This document shows positions 24,841 through 38,849 of a stretch of DNA of 64,000 nt, in pieces (within the stretch, counting starts at the first letter, position 1; each line of letters begins with the position of its first letter). Made by a program: the position numbers and the translations under genes. Source of the stretch: Sphaerodactylus townsendi (Eukaryota); contig NC_059436.1 of assembly GCF_021028975.2 (NCBI RefSeq), positions 3,038,001 through 3,102,000 on the forward strand, in the 5' to 3' direction. The notes under the pieces were generated by a model. That model worked only from the letters and a program-made list of their open reading frames with translations, searched no databases and had not been told where the DNA came from.

Positions 24841-25672
24841 GTAGAGTCTGAAATTTATTTCCTTAAAATGGCTGGTTCAGGTTTCTGGGAGGTGGTTCTT
24901 CTATCACTCAAACTTTTGTTGCGTGTACAGTAATGCGTTGAGTGCAGTGTCTGTTGCCTCGTGTTCAGATGGAGAAACAAACTTCTGTGATTGGAACTGG
25001 ATGCTTTTTGGATTGGTTTAGATAAGGGGCATGGTTTCATTCCTAATGTGAACATTTGGTACCCACGTTAAGTTGGAAAGTGAGTGTGGTGGGAAAGGGT
25101 GGCAATTTGAACTCTGTGGGAAGTTGTAGGCAGGCATCTGTGGTGTCTCTAAAGCTGTTTTGTTATATCCAAAGGGATGTTATAAATTCCTTAGTGATAT
25201 GCGAAGGTCTTCCCTGCTTTGTAACTTTGCTGACCAGTTATTTTTACAACTGAGAGACTCTTTGATTTTCAGTTTATATAGATCCCTTATTCTTTTATAT
25301 CAAATATAATATTCAAGCCTATTTTCCTGTTCCCATAGTATCTCTAAAGCTATTTTGTTATTTCCAAAACTGCCCTCTGTGATTTGAACGCTGCATGGGA
25401 TGTTTCTCATTGGCAAAAGGATGTATATGCATGTATTTTGAAATGTGTACACAGGAAGGACTGGTAGGTGGAAGAAAACCAGTTTGCAGTGAGGTTTCTG
25501 TGTGTTTCCTCAGGTTTGGAAATGTTCAGTTCTTGTGGGCGGGCCGGGTTCTATCTCCAAGCTACCTTGCCAAGGATTACTGTTTACTACAGTGGAACGG
25601 CAGCAGGCATGCATCCAAATTAATGGGCAGGGTGTGAGTCTACTTTTTATTTAACTTCTGTTTTGTTTCTAG

Positions 25673-25750
25673 GAGCCGGAGGAGGAGGGAATGACATTCA
25701 GTGGTGTTTTTCTCAGGTGAAAGGGGCTGTGGATGACGATGTGGCTGAAG
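25673..25750 (+). CDS. PPP2R2A: PPP2R2A exon 2 (78 nt, phase 1-1)
   Basis: Polypyrimidine tract ttctgttttgtttctag|, translates (G)AGGGGNDIQWCFSQVKGAVDDDVAE(A), then |gtaagg. The DIQ/AVDDDV residues match B55-alpha rather than B55-delta (DFQ/AIDEDV). Confidence 0.96.
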
Positions 25751-27844
25751 GTAAGGAAAACACTGAGCTTGCTAACTGCAGCATGGTTCTAATGTGACAG
25801 CAAAGTGAAACATTTCTCAATCATATTCCCTAATACTCTACATACCCAGCCCCTTCCAGAAGCTTAATGTTGTGCAGAAGTGAAATGTGATTGCAGTAAC
25901 ATGCAAAATCCATTGGCACCTGCAGGGTTTTCTCTAGGTAGCAAATAGTCCTTGAAGGCAACTTGAACACCATTTAACACTTCTGCTCAGACAAGTGGGC
26001 TGCTGGTCTTAATTTGAGAATACACAGAGTGTCCTCTTCTTTGCACTTGTGCAGCAGGATTATTGTTCATCATGTTGCTTGTGTGGCATTTTATCTAGAG
26101 ACAATCAAGTGTCCCCGTCCCCCCATTACAAGCAACTTCAGCCTGGTTCTACTATCAGAACCCCTGAATAGGAATGATTGACTTGATTTTTGCATGCATC
26201 TGATTTTCCTTTTTAAGATGTTGCATTTTTTCTGTTATGATGCTGCAGGTTCTCATTTGGTCTTTAGTATTTGAGTGAAAGCATAGGTTGCATTCACACA
26301 GCTTGAGATTTCAGGCATGTGCTTCAGAATATTGAGTGAATTTTATCTAATTCAAGGTAAATGGCATAACTACTGCTTACCTGCTGGGATAAGGGTAGGG
26401 ATTCTGTAGCACTTCTCCCTAGGGATGGGATGTTCCTCAGACTTTTGAAGCTCAGCATTTCAATCTTCACATTAACTATTAGTCATTGTGGATTCATGGT
26501 GAAGTTGTACTAAATGAGACAGTTCTCTGATGTGACTGAAGATCTTGCCTTGTTCTTTTTTCTCTTCTCCAAAAAGACTCAATGTTAATCCTCTCATCGT
26601 GGAGAGTCACGGGGATGCTCTTGAAATTGTCATGCCTGTGTTGAGGTATCTTAATTTGCCTCTGTAATTCATAGTGTTTCTTCATATTGCAAGAGGGCCT
26701 TAATACGCAGATGCTATTTTCTGTGCTACACCACTGTATTTCCCTGCTGGCACCAACCAATGAGCGGGGGGTAGGAGAGTCAGTGTGTTGTGGCATCATG
26801 ATGGCAGGCAAATGTTTTTGTTACTGGGAGCAGTGAAATAATTGGACGCAGGATGTCACATTCTGAGGGATCCTGACCAGCAGTGTGTCTTTTGCTAGAA
26901 ACATGTCCGCCTTCAGCAGTGTTGTGTAACTAAGTTTTAAAATTGCGTTTAGACTTTGGAAGAAGGGCCCTACTATTGAACAATAGAGCTCAGTATGCTG
27001 TTCATCTACATTTGGCTCCCGCCAATCTTGTTTCATGACTCCCTGTTCAGCACTGTGTTATGTCTTATGCACTGGACAAGACCAGTGCCTGGCATCAGGT
27101 TCCCTAGATCTTTTTTCTTTTGGTGTGTCTGTCACTGACTTCATCATAAATTCTTGCTTTGGCATGATTTTGGTGTTGCAGCAGTCGACTTTCTCCATCA
27201 CAAATACTTGATGCAGGAAGCTTGGGGATCTGGCTCAGGCAAATTTAACCTTGAAACCAGATTGTTTATGTTCTGGCTAATGTGGTTGCAACACTTACGG
27301 TTTCTAGCTATGATCAGTGCTTACCTCCAAGTAATAATAGCATGGTGGATGCTATACATGGGAGTGATGTCTCTCTTTGTTCTTCAAGCTAACTGGCGCT
27401 GGCATAGTGCATCTCGAAACCCTGGTCACACATATTCCTGCTGCATACTAGTTAATGTTATTTCTGGGTACCTACCTTCATGTTTCTTCTGCACCCTCAG
27501 AACTGGGCTGTATTCCAGACAACTGAGAAGTTCCCTTTCATCTTTTTTTATCTACTCAGGAAAGGTCTCAATCTGTTTCTAGCAAACAGATGCCTGTCTT
27601 TTAAATTCTGTTGAGTAGGTGAGAGTGAGAGAAGATTGTTGTTCATTTAGCTGATTGGTTTTATATGCCTTGGATTATATGGTGGGGGGAGGGGACACCA
27701 CTTTATAGCAAGTAGTCTGTGGGTATTGGATCAAGAGCAAGTGAGAACCTATATTGGATATAGTAAGGATTCTAGAAATCCCAGGGTCAGATCTGTTCAA
27801 AGCTGTGGAACTCACTGGGTATCTTTAGTGTGTCCTTATCTATG

Positions 27845-28131
27845 TAAAAGTAAAGATAGTTCCCTCTGCATATATGAGATCATTACTGACTGATGGGATG
27901 TCATTTACTAGACAGACTCTGTATATAGGGTTGTTTTTCCATTGCCTTCCCCATCCATCTACACTTAACCCCCAGCCAGCTAGGTACTCGTTTTCCTGAC
28001 CTCAGAAAGATAGAAGATTGAGTAAACCTTGAGCTGGCTACCTGAAACCAACTGCTGTTGGGATCGAACTCAGGTTGTGAGCAGAGTTTGGACTATAGTA
28101 GTGCAACTTACTACTTTGTGCCTTGGGCCTC
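27845..28131 (+). mobile_element. Sauria SINE
   Basis: Same family as the copies at 2902 and 12284. Confidence 0.75.
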
Positions 28132-28369
28132 TCCCTTATTTCTGTACCTCACATGAATGGTATAAGACTCCTGTTCTGAACACATGGTTTTTGTGGGCAT
28201 TCTTTTGAATGTGGAAAAATTCAGATTCAGATGCTGCCTTCTCCAGTGGTAAGAATAACAGCAAAAGGCTAAGGAGGCTTCAGTTTTTAACATAACAAAA
28301 AGACTGTAAGAGGGGGTATGCTGAGGGGGTTTATTAACAACACATGGGAAGGAGGACATCAGTAGAGGA

Positions 28370-28750
28370 AGTTTTTCTCCCTCTCCTGTAATACTAGAGC
28401 TTTTAGGGGATCCAGTGAATTTGATGGGTAGTAGGTTCAGGATAGATGAAAGGGAATGCTTCTTCACTTAACCATGAAATCTACAGCTGGTGATGGCCAT
28501 GAGCATAGATGGCTTTAAGAGGAGGTTAGACAGATTCATGGAGGATAAGACTATCAGTGGCTACTAGCCGTGGGCACTAAAGGGAGCCTCCAGAAGCAGT
28601 GGACCACTGAAACCCAGTTCTGGGTGGCAGTATGTGGGAACGGCCTGGGCCTACATGCCTTGTTCGTTGGCCCTTTAGAGTCACTGTATGGCCACCTGTG
28701 GAACAGATTGCCCCTCTTCTGATCCAGAAGGGCTCTTCTTACGTTCTTAA
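28370..28750 (+). mobile_element. Older CR1 LINE 3' fragment
   Basis: Degenerate gtaggttcaggatagatgaaagg / ggctttaagaggaggttagacagattcatggagg; tail ttcttacgttctt. Confidence 0.7.
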
Positions 28751-30015
28751 GAATGGCAGGTGCTGATAGGGAGAAATACCTTAGAGATGGCTGAGAATAT
28801 TAAGCTTGGCTGATCGAAGACAAACTGCTGTGTGAGATTAAATAGGTGGCTCTTCTTCTGCTTTCCAGAGAGGGAGAGGTGGGTCTGTTGTTGATGTAGC
28901 TGTGACCACCTTTGGAAGCGACTTTACTTGACACAATTGCACTATGCTGCTATGCTGCTTTGTTTCCAGAGCAGCCACCAAACCATTATGCCCAAGCCTT
29001 TGCCATAGACCATGCTGAGCCCTCTTGGATCAAGTTTCCTACCTGGAGAAAAGAATTGAGAATTGCTTTGTCAGTAGCAAAGGCAGTCTGACACGGCTCC
29101 CTTTTTAAATGCACACTAAAAGCAACCCACTTTGTTTCTAATTACACGTTATCATTTTGTTAAATGTGCAGTAATTACTTCAAGATCAAAACTTATATCC
29201 TTATCATACTTTGTACCCAAACTTTCCGGTTAAGTTTGAACATGAAATAGTTCTGCTTAATGGAATATGACATTATTTTTATTCCTGCAGGCTTCGTGTC
29301 AGGTTTTCTTTTCCTCCCTTCGAGGCATTTTAGCTTGAGGAGACCTCACCTCCTGGACCTTATGCTAAGTTGAGCTGAGTTTGTTTGTTACCACAAATAT
29401 GATTGGCTAATGGCAATCTTCAAATTAATTGATTTTTTTGCCTATTTAAATAAAACAAGTTGAGCAAAGACTTGTGGGTTATTTTATTCCCCTTCTATTA
29501 TTTTAGGGACTTTAATTCCTCTGCAATATCTGTCTTTAGATGTCAGGTTTTTGTAAATCAGGGGCATTTCTGGGGTTGGTGCAAAGATCTAACTTGTCTA
29601 TTCATGTCTCCAGTCTCAAGATTTAATTATCCACATATTTGGAAATGTTGAGAATTATGCCACTTTTCTCTCTGATCAGGACCCACTTTTGTTGTCTCTC
29701 AGTCATAGAGTTTTGACATATCCCCCCTCCCAACAGAACACCGTGTTTTATTATTTTGCTTTTCCCCATTAGGGATCCAAAGAAGCTTAAATTGTTCTCT
29801 TTTCCCCAATTTTATCCTTGCAGCAGGCCTGAAAGGTATGTTAGGCCAAGAGTGCTAAATCCAAATCTGACAATTGTTATAGAGCTTGGCTATACAGTTT
29901 GTTAACAGTTCTTTTTAGGGTGAACTTGGAGGTGGGCAAAAGAGCAGAGTTTAGTCCTGCCTCCCTGAGCAGCCAATAGGAATAACCCACACCTGGAGAT
30001 GCCATCTCTTCCTAG

Positions 30016-30317
30016 GATCAGCAGTGGCATAGGAGGTTAAGAGCTCATGTATCTAATCTGGAGGAACCGGGTTTGATTCCCAGCTCTGCCACCTGAGCTG
30101 TGGAGGCTTATCTGGGGAATTCAGATTAGCCTGTACACTCCCACACATGCCAGCTGGGTGACCTTGGGCTAGTCACAGCTTCTCGGAGCTCTCTCAGCCC
30201 CACCTACCTCACAGGGTGTTTGTTGTGAGGGGGAAGGGCAAGGAGATTGTAAGCCCCTTTGAGTCTCCTGCAGGAGAGAAAGGGGGGGGGATATAAATCC
30301 AAAGTCTTCTTCTTCCT
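30016..30317 (+). mobile_element. tRNA-derived SINE (Squam3-like variant)
   Basis: A/B-box head, ctgggtgaccttgggctagtcacag core, tcttcttc tail. Confidence 0.8.
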
Positions 30318-33300
30318 CAGAGCAGAAGGAACTTTTTCAGTAAGTAATCAAGGTTCTGGGTGAAATATCTCAGATGTTTCAATTTTTGGAATGGAATGGA
30401 ATGGAGAGAAATCAGTATTTCACCCCCCCCCCCTCCCTCAATTATCTTGGTTTTTATATAAAGGACTGGCATCCAAGTGTATCACTTCCTGCAAAAATTG
30501 CATACTTTAAAAACTGCATGGAGAAATTGCTATGTTTTAAATCCCAGGTTCAGTGAGAACTTGCAAAGCTGAAATTGACTTGAAGGCCACCGTCTGTGGC
30601 TTCAAGCTGCTTGGTGACTTGGAAGGCTTTAAACATAGGTCATATCCTCATAGCATCTGTCTAGCCTTGAAAACCCTGTGGGGTTGTGGTAAGTGACCTG
30701 TAACCTGACAGCACTTTCCTCTATTGCCATGAAAGTGTTTTGATCAGCCATCTGGTGGATCTACAGAGAACATCCCTTAGCAGAGGAAGTGAGCTGATGG
30801 GTTAGATTGTGTTATAGAGGACCTACCTGGAGAGGGAGAAATAATGTTAAGATAGATCTGCTACTTTTATGGGATCCAACTAGATTAAGCGGGGAAGTTT
30901 CATTTTTGAGATTAGGTTGCTGCATCGGTTAGGAATAGCTAGTTTGGAATGCTTTCATAGTTATTCTTGTCTAGTAAATAAGTCATCCCTTCCCTCAGAG
31001 GAGTTGTTAAAATGTAGCTAGCTTACTTTGTTTCTTGTAAACACTCTTTCACACATTTTATACATTACAGGCAAAACAGTAAATGCTGACATGACCAGAG
31101 AGAGATACATGCAGTCAACAGAGTTAACTGGCAGAAAGATTTTTTACTTGTTTAAAATTATCTCTAGGATGAAACCTTCCCCCTGCCAAAAAACCCAAGT
31201 ACTACCCTCCTACTTCTAGGATTTGGAGAGAGAATTAACTAGTGTTTAAGGAGGTAAACATTTTGTGCCAGAATGCCTTTTCATATACAACAAAAATACC
31301 CACATTTATTTGACAGAATAAAATAATGTAGCTAATTCAACTTCAAAATGGATGGAAATGAGACTTGAGTATCTCTTTCATGTTTGTCAATGCCAGTGTA
31401 TTGTTGTGAGTAGCCTGCTGGGCTAGGATCTGGGGGAACCATGTTTAGATCTGTAAGCTCACTCAGAGACCTTGGGCCCATCTCTGTCACTTTACCTAAC
31501 CAGCATCGGGGAGTGTTGTGGTGATAAAACACAGGATGAGAGAATCAAGTTCTAAACTGCTTTGAGTCTCCATTGGGAAGAAATACAGGGTATAAACAAC
31601 TGAATAAATAAGTAATGGTTCCAGCCTTTCATGGGGATAAGTAACTATACCTCAATCAAATAAACCATTGGCTCCCCTCGTCCTTCACGTATTTGTGAGG
31701 AATGAACCAAGCTTTACAAACAATGTGAGAAGTATGGATAGTTGAGGAATGTAAACTTCACCCACTCTGGCTGCAACAGTCCTTTTGGGATCTGATTGCG
31801 ATTGTCATATTTGTAATCTTGTGTGAGGTATAATGCACTCCACTGTGTGAGGTTGAGATGCTTCCTGTGACAAATTCCACCACTTTGAAGCATAAAGGCA
31901 GGTGGAATGCAGAGCCCAGGGGTTAATAGAGAACTTGTGTGATTGGCCAGCTTGAACTGAGGAGAGTTCTGAGAGGGGAGTGAGAGAGAGTTCTGTGAAG
32001 TCAGAGCAGGTGAACAGATGTCTGTGAAAAGCTCTCCATTCTCTGGTGCTGACCAGAAGGCTCTGAGTGAGGGATTGGATGGTCAGATGAGGAAACACTG
32101 TACTGAGTCTCTGGTATAAACAGCACACTCATACTAAGCTGACACAGGGGTTGATAATTAAATTTTGTTTCAGGGAAATACTACTCAGGAAAATAAGTGA
32201 GGTTGCTTATTAGAGTGGGAAAAATTGTATAGAGAAAAGGAGAGAATTTTTTATTTTCTGAAAAGGAGTCTGAATTAGGAGAAAAATTCTTGTCTGGAAA
32301 TATAAACCTGTTAGGACCATACCAAGAAAAAGTGTGACAGAGAAGGACTGAACTCCAGTGAATGAACTAATTTGTAGCAAACACAGCTATGAGCTATAGC
32401 ACCAACTTCACTTCTAAATGACTCCACAAGTTACCTGCTTCAGTTTTCCTATTATATTTTGACCTTGCCAAACCTTTATTGTTGTTATACACAAATACTT
32501 ATTTTCGTTGTTCATCTTTTAAAGAACCAAAGCCTCTGGTGCCTTAATTTTATGACCTTGGGCTAGTCACAGTTCTCTCAGAACTCTCAGCCTCACTTTC
32601 CTTACAAAGTGCCTGTGGGGAGGGGAGGGGAGGTAAGGTGATTGTAAGCAGCTTTGAGACTTCTTAAAGCTTGAGAAAAGTAGGATATAAAAACCAACTC
32701 TTCTCAGTATTTTCAATATGGTAGTCTTGATCAGAAGAGTTATTTGCTGCTTTCTGAGGGAGAGATTCATACTAGTGTGCAGTTCAGTTACCATTTCCTT
32801 TCTGTTCTCCTGAACAATTGCAAACTCATTTGAGAGAGGAAAAGAAACCCAACAGCTACTTGCTCACACAGGCAGTGGTTCACAAGACATATTCCTATTG
32901 CCTTGGTGACCACTCCAGTCTGTTCAATGTGTCGCTTTCCTTTCATTGTGTTTTCCTTTTGAAAAGTGTCAAGGCATCTTGATAGATTGTTGGCTTCCTT
33001 TCTCTGTGCGAAGAGCTTCTGACCCTCTGGAGCCATCCTTGCCTGAAACGGAGGAGTTGAACCTACATTGTTGTATATGCTGAGCAAGGAGACTGTTCAG
33101 CATAATTCTGAAATGACAAAAACATAATTGACTTTGTTTACAGCCAGCCCAAGAAAATTTCAGAAGGGGTATCTGTGGGTCAATCCAGTTTGTTTACAGT
33201 CATCATTCATCATCGGCAGAATTCATCTTCAGTGAAAACGTTAAATGGGCAATCTGAAATTCTGTGGTCCATGACCCTACCCTGGAGTCTGAAATAAAGT

Positions 33301-36159
33301 ACGTTCTAGAAAGATCTGCCAGCTTGATTTCCTCTAAATACACAAACTGATCCCAAGTTCCAACAGAAAATTCAGCTGTAGGAAATAAAAGCAATACAAC
33401 TTCTTCAGCATCATTAAAGCTTTCACCCTGGCTCAGGATCCCCTCCAGCTCTTTACTTAGCTGTTCCCTTCACACTACAAAAGCTTTTGCACCATGTTAA
33501 AGCAGGAGCACCAACTTTGTAAATCAGAAAATGCTGTGGCTGCAGCTGTGGTGTGTTGCATGCGCGCACACAGTTGCGCCCACTTAACAAGCAAGTTTCC
33601 TGAAGCAGACATGTTCCTACTACCCAACTCTGTGAAGATTGTGGAGGAATTGCTTTCTAGGCCTAGTTTTTTAAAAATCCTTGGTGGGTTCATTTAGGAG
33701 ACCACTTCTCATTCATTTAATCCACCATGTCCTCATCCAAGCCTTTAAGTTTGATTGAAAATGGGCTCTCTCAGGACTTGGAAGAGTTATCAGATAGACA
33801 TTCTTGTTAGTTGGCTGGTAGCTTTTGAATTTTTCTCTCCATTGGGTCTCAGTAAAGTGCAAGCCTGTGCACTTTCCAGAATGGTGTAAGATTATTCCAA
33901 CTTGGTATCTATGGATAGGGTAGAGAACAACGCATGGCATAAGTTGGGTGGGCTTTACTGTTACTGGAGAAATGTGAATGAAATTGCTGCACAATTGACA
34001 GGTTGCTTATTTGGCATCTTCTCTATGAGAAAAGAAAACCATTTTAAGTATGCTACATGTGGAAGGGTACCACACTGTAGGGAAAATGGTGTGATAATGC
34101 TGAGCATATTGTAGCTGCCTACTTGAATTATGCCACATGGTCCGAGTTCCCAGGAAACTGAGCATGCGGAGAAGAGAGCTGACATTGTCATGACTGCTGC
34201 AGTTTATAACTGTTTTACCTTATAAAGCAGTGTACTTTGCTGACTGTTCTGATTTTACGAATGGGGACCTAAGACTGGGAGTAATCTTCATAGAGGTCCA
34301 TTGAGTTCATAGTAAAGATGGGATTTGCACCCAAGTATGTCAGATGCAAATTTATGGCCTACTAACATGGGGGGCATTTTCTCCATTCCTAATTAAGTCC
34401 TAATTCAGTATGTTTAGCAAGAAACTATGCAGCATACTGACATTCATCCCCCTTCTGGCTTGCTCTGCTAACTTAAATTTCCTATGCTCAGCGGGTATGG
34501 TTTCAGATTCTTGTTCCCACAACCATCAGGGCTGGAAACTTATACAGTGTATACTGGTTTGGGTTGTTGAATTATCATTGAATACCAGGTTGTTGAATAC
34601 CTGCAGCCAGGCTGAGAAACCTGTGCAGAGTGTATGCAGTCTTGCTTTGACACTCATGTTTCAGTGTACAACAGTGTCGACATGAAATGGTACAAGTTCG
34701 TACATAAATCCCATGTTTCTTCCTTGAAAATAGGGGCCAAATTTGGGTGGGGAATCAAACCTGGTTGTCCAGATTAGAGTCTGCTGCTCTTAATTGCTAC
34801 ACAACTCATGCCTTGTGAGCCACTTTGAGGCCACTTAAAGATAGAGAAAAGCAGGGCGTATATACCAACTCTTTTTCTTCTTTTTTGATTGTAAATTCCT
34901 TGGGATAGGGAGCCATTATCTTGTGTATTGCTAGTTCTATATGAATAATAATTTTCATACTTTATGATGATCTGAAAAAATAGGAAGCCATTAAACTCTA
35001 AGGTCTGAAAATTGGCATTTTTGTAAGGAAAGCAGAGAAAGGTAGAACCTCCATCAATAGTCATATTATTGGAGCTTGTTACAATATTGCTGCAGCATCA
35101 AAAGGATGACCGCCCCTCCCCTGAGGTAGATAATAATTTTAGCTGAAATGCTGGAAAATGCTGCAAGCTCTTAGTTGGCTGTTCTTTTGTTGCACACTGA
35201 AGGAGAAATAATTATTTGCTGAGACGTCCTTTATAAAAATGTACCTTTCCATTTGGAAGTCCACAAATGATAGGCTGGTTTGCTTTAAAATGTTGCTTTT
35301 TGGGTTATTTGCCAAACCCCTTGGGTGGTCATGCTGATGTCCTCATTTTTAGAACCACAGAATCATAGAATTGAAGAGCTCTTCTGTCTTCCTACTATCC
35401 CCGGCAACATAAAATACACTTCTTGTAAAATTACTTGAAATTTTTTAATTGATTATTTTAAAAATAAAAAAATTTTTTTTTCACAAAGCATTATAACAAC
35501 AAATAAAAAAGGATATAGGAGAAACGTAATAAGAATGCGAACACACAATAGATGGATCTGCACTGATGATCAGAATCAGTCATACTAAGGGAATATAAAA
35601 TGACTTCTCCTTGAGACTTTGGAGAACTGCTGCTAGTTGGAGTAGATAGTACAGACTTTAGTGAGCCAGCGGTCTAACTTGATATAAGTGTGTACATGCG
35701 AGTTACTGACCCTTGATTTTCCCAGCTGCCAATCTGCTTTCATTGGTCTTGGTCAACTTTGTGACCTGGATCCTGTGTTCACAGACAGGCAAGGCAGAGA
35801 TAGTTCTCATCAGCCCCCCTAAGCCTCCCTGAGCCTGGCTCTGCTGGGAAAGGGCAGGGTACAAGCTGAAAAAAATATACAAACAAATCGGGTTTGTTTG
35901 TTTTTTGGCGAGCCTGCCAAATTGTAAACAAGGATACAACTAGCAACGTTGTCCACAGTTTATTTCTTTGCGCAATTGATACGCTGCTTTTTGGCCCCAA
36001 CGTGGCAAACAGCAATATTTAAACACAGCAATATACATAACAGTCAAGCATTAAATCCTCATACAATGTTAAGAAATCTGTTATATACATAAGAGGGGGA
36101 AATGTGTTTGAGTTATCTAATTTATTAGATCCTCCCCCCTTGGCTGAATTGCTAATTAT

Positions 36160-36405
36160 TTAACTCCTACTCTGATCAAGCTGATCACATTTTGCATTGC
36201 ACCTTTGCATCTGGACTCCTGTCTTTGCATAATCCTTCCCACCTGACTGGGAAAAGGACTCGGGGATTTCCATTCCTGCTTGCATGCGATGAAGGGAGCT
36301 TTGCCCCTTGAAAGCTTATACTTCCAAAATTGTGTTGGTCTCTAAGGTACTACACTTGAATTAGCTTTTCTGCTGCAGACCATCGTGGCTGCCTTCTAAA
36401 GTCTG
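36160..36405 (+). mobile_element. Penelope-like 3' terminal fragment
   Basis: gatgaagggagctttgccccttgaaagcttata...gttggtctctaaggt; same family as the element at 5015-5655. Confidence 0.6.
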
Positions 36406-38849
36406 CTGCTCTTTAAAGTTTTGTGTACCGTGTCCCAACTATATCCAGAGTATGGACTGTGGAATTCTGAAGCTCTAATTATTTGGTATTATCAACTCTA
36501 GATGGGAATCTGAACAGTGGTTGGCGGGAAAAAAGGCATTTCGCTATCTATTCAAGGTGTAGGACATGGAGTCCCTGACTTTGTTGTGACTGTGGCTATT
36601 TTTGAAATGTTGAGATGGGAAGAGTACGCCTTTAGTTGACTTCCACTTCCAAAGAAAGGGGAGTGCTTGTTGGCTAAGCTGCTAGTGGGAAAAGTTTCAA
36701 AGCCTAGAGAAGATGAGAGCTGGTACATTCTGCCATGGGCACATATTTTCCTGGCATGAGTGACTCATTTTGCTATCTGGGCTACTGGTAAGAGCAATCC
36801 AGAGCACCTTCATTCTTTTTCTATTCAGGAATCCAATTATTACAAAAAAAACAAAAACAAAAAAAGCATACAAGTGAGGCGACTTCATGATATTTGCATT
36901 TTCCCCCTTTGGTCCAGTACAGTAGAATTGGGTCCACCTTGGGGTTCCAATCAGAAAGGCTGGACTATATATGCAAATAATAATAACCTCTTAAGATGGA
37001 AGTGCATCTGTGTATGTCTGCCTGCCTTATACAGATCCATCTTGTTCAGTATCCTTGTCCACTAGCTGGCCACAGGCTTCAGCTCGTCTGCATGGCTTAT
37101 TGACTTCTGAATGATCTGGGAAGTAGGGCAAAGCTCTCTCTTACACACACAATTTTTAAAGGGGTATAAATGGGTAGAATGAAATGTGTTTCTGGAAACA
37201 TTACCTATGTAATCACTTGACAAATCTCTATATGCAAAAAGTTAGAAATATACATTATACTTGCTACTTTCATGTTCATCAGGTTTCCTTTTTGTTGGTG
37301 TCATTCATTCTGTTCACACCTCCACCTACAGCAGGAAAAGACTTTTTTTTGTACCATCCAAGGTAACATCTTTTTGATCAACTGCTGTCTTTTTATTTTT
37401 TAAAAGGAAACAGGGTTTATTTTTAACTTCACTGTCTCTGTGGCTTCTGGTGTTTCTCAACATCTTTTTCAAACCCTGTACCATTTCATCAAATTAAATT
37501 TGCAGCACCAGCCATGGACCAGTGGAGTTACCAACAGTCTCTACCTTAACATGCTTCTCTTGTAGTTTTATCCGTTGATAATAAGGATCTCTGGATAAAC
37601 TTCAGCATCTCAAAGTGGAGCCTCAGTTAGGAAACAGATGTCTGGATAAAAGGAGAAACAAGCTTGCAGGGTTTTATAAAAATTGTTTTGTGTTTTAATC
37701 CAGAGCAGCCAGACTAGTCACAGTGATGGCTGTGTAGGCCACCTCCTTACTGCAGTTTTTCAAATTCTTCTGTAACAACTAATTGCTCTGTTAAGGCAGT
37801 TTTCTGCCTTGTTTGACCAAGTAATTTTCCCACCCTTGAGGTTGACATCGGAGTGGGTCTCATTTAAACCATTAGTTGGAATGCTCGATTTAATCATGGT
37901 TTTGTGCATGAGCATGCATGTTTGTTTATCTATTATATATTCTTCATCACACAGGGAGAGATGTAGGCTCCATTTTAAGAAGGGACCACCCTATACATTT
38001 TCTTATGGTGTCTTGATATTTTGAGTGTCTACCCTAAACATTTTTAGAGGACAGACTTTTAGTTCAAGCAAAACTTGATCCACTGTGCTGTTAACTTGAG
38101 CCTTATCTAGTATGAGCTGCTGGCTCTTTAGTGTTCTGGGTGGTCTGTTGATATTCTGTCTGTGTTTGCAGTGGAAGGTCTCCCCCCAGAAATAGCTACT
38201 GCTGTGGCAACCTGCCTTCTGAATAGAAGCAAAGGCTTTTCAAGGACTATTTTTTGCTCCATGCTGTTGGTGCGTCTAGTCATGTTCATACAGTTTATTC
38301 CACAGATGGGTAAGGAATCTTATATTAATTCTGGACACTATTTGTACCTTGCCTATCTATTTGAAAATGAATGATCAGTGCGCCTTGCAATATTAAAATC
38401 CATACAGATCAGTTAAAATCGTGCTCATAAAGCTAACTGCTAATTTAAATGCACAGAGGATAGATTTAGTTCTTTAAAAGGGGGCTTTTGGAATAAAATG
38501 AGAGTTTACCTGCTACTGGAAGGTGTCTAAAGAAGGACTTTTCCTCAGTTTGGGGGAAGGGGAATGAGTACCAAAGAACAGGGCATGCAGGTAGCCAATG
38601 ATTGGATTTCTTCATGGAAGGGAAGGTTTCTTGACTGAGGTCAGAGTGTGATCATTTGTGCATGGTTGAAGACTATCCATCTTTTAGCTTGGACCCAAAC
38701 AGTTTAGGGATTTAAAGGTCTCTTGTGTCATACCAGTACTTTTTTTTATTTTTGGACCTGGAAATGTGCTGGCAGCCAATTTAATTGACAAAAGCTGGGA
38801 GTGTTGTGCTCTTTTCAGTCATTTTGTGTGTGTGTGTTAGGGAACCCCT

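Noticed and set aside
25673-25750. PPP2R2D assignment
   Set aside because: Residues DIQ and AVDDDV and the 7-nt exon 1 fit PPP2R2A better
31804-32550. Possible LTR
   Set aside because: Composition is LTR-like but I could not define termini or a TSD
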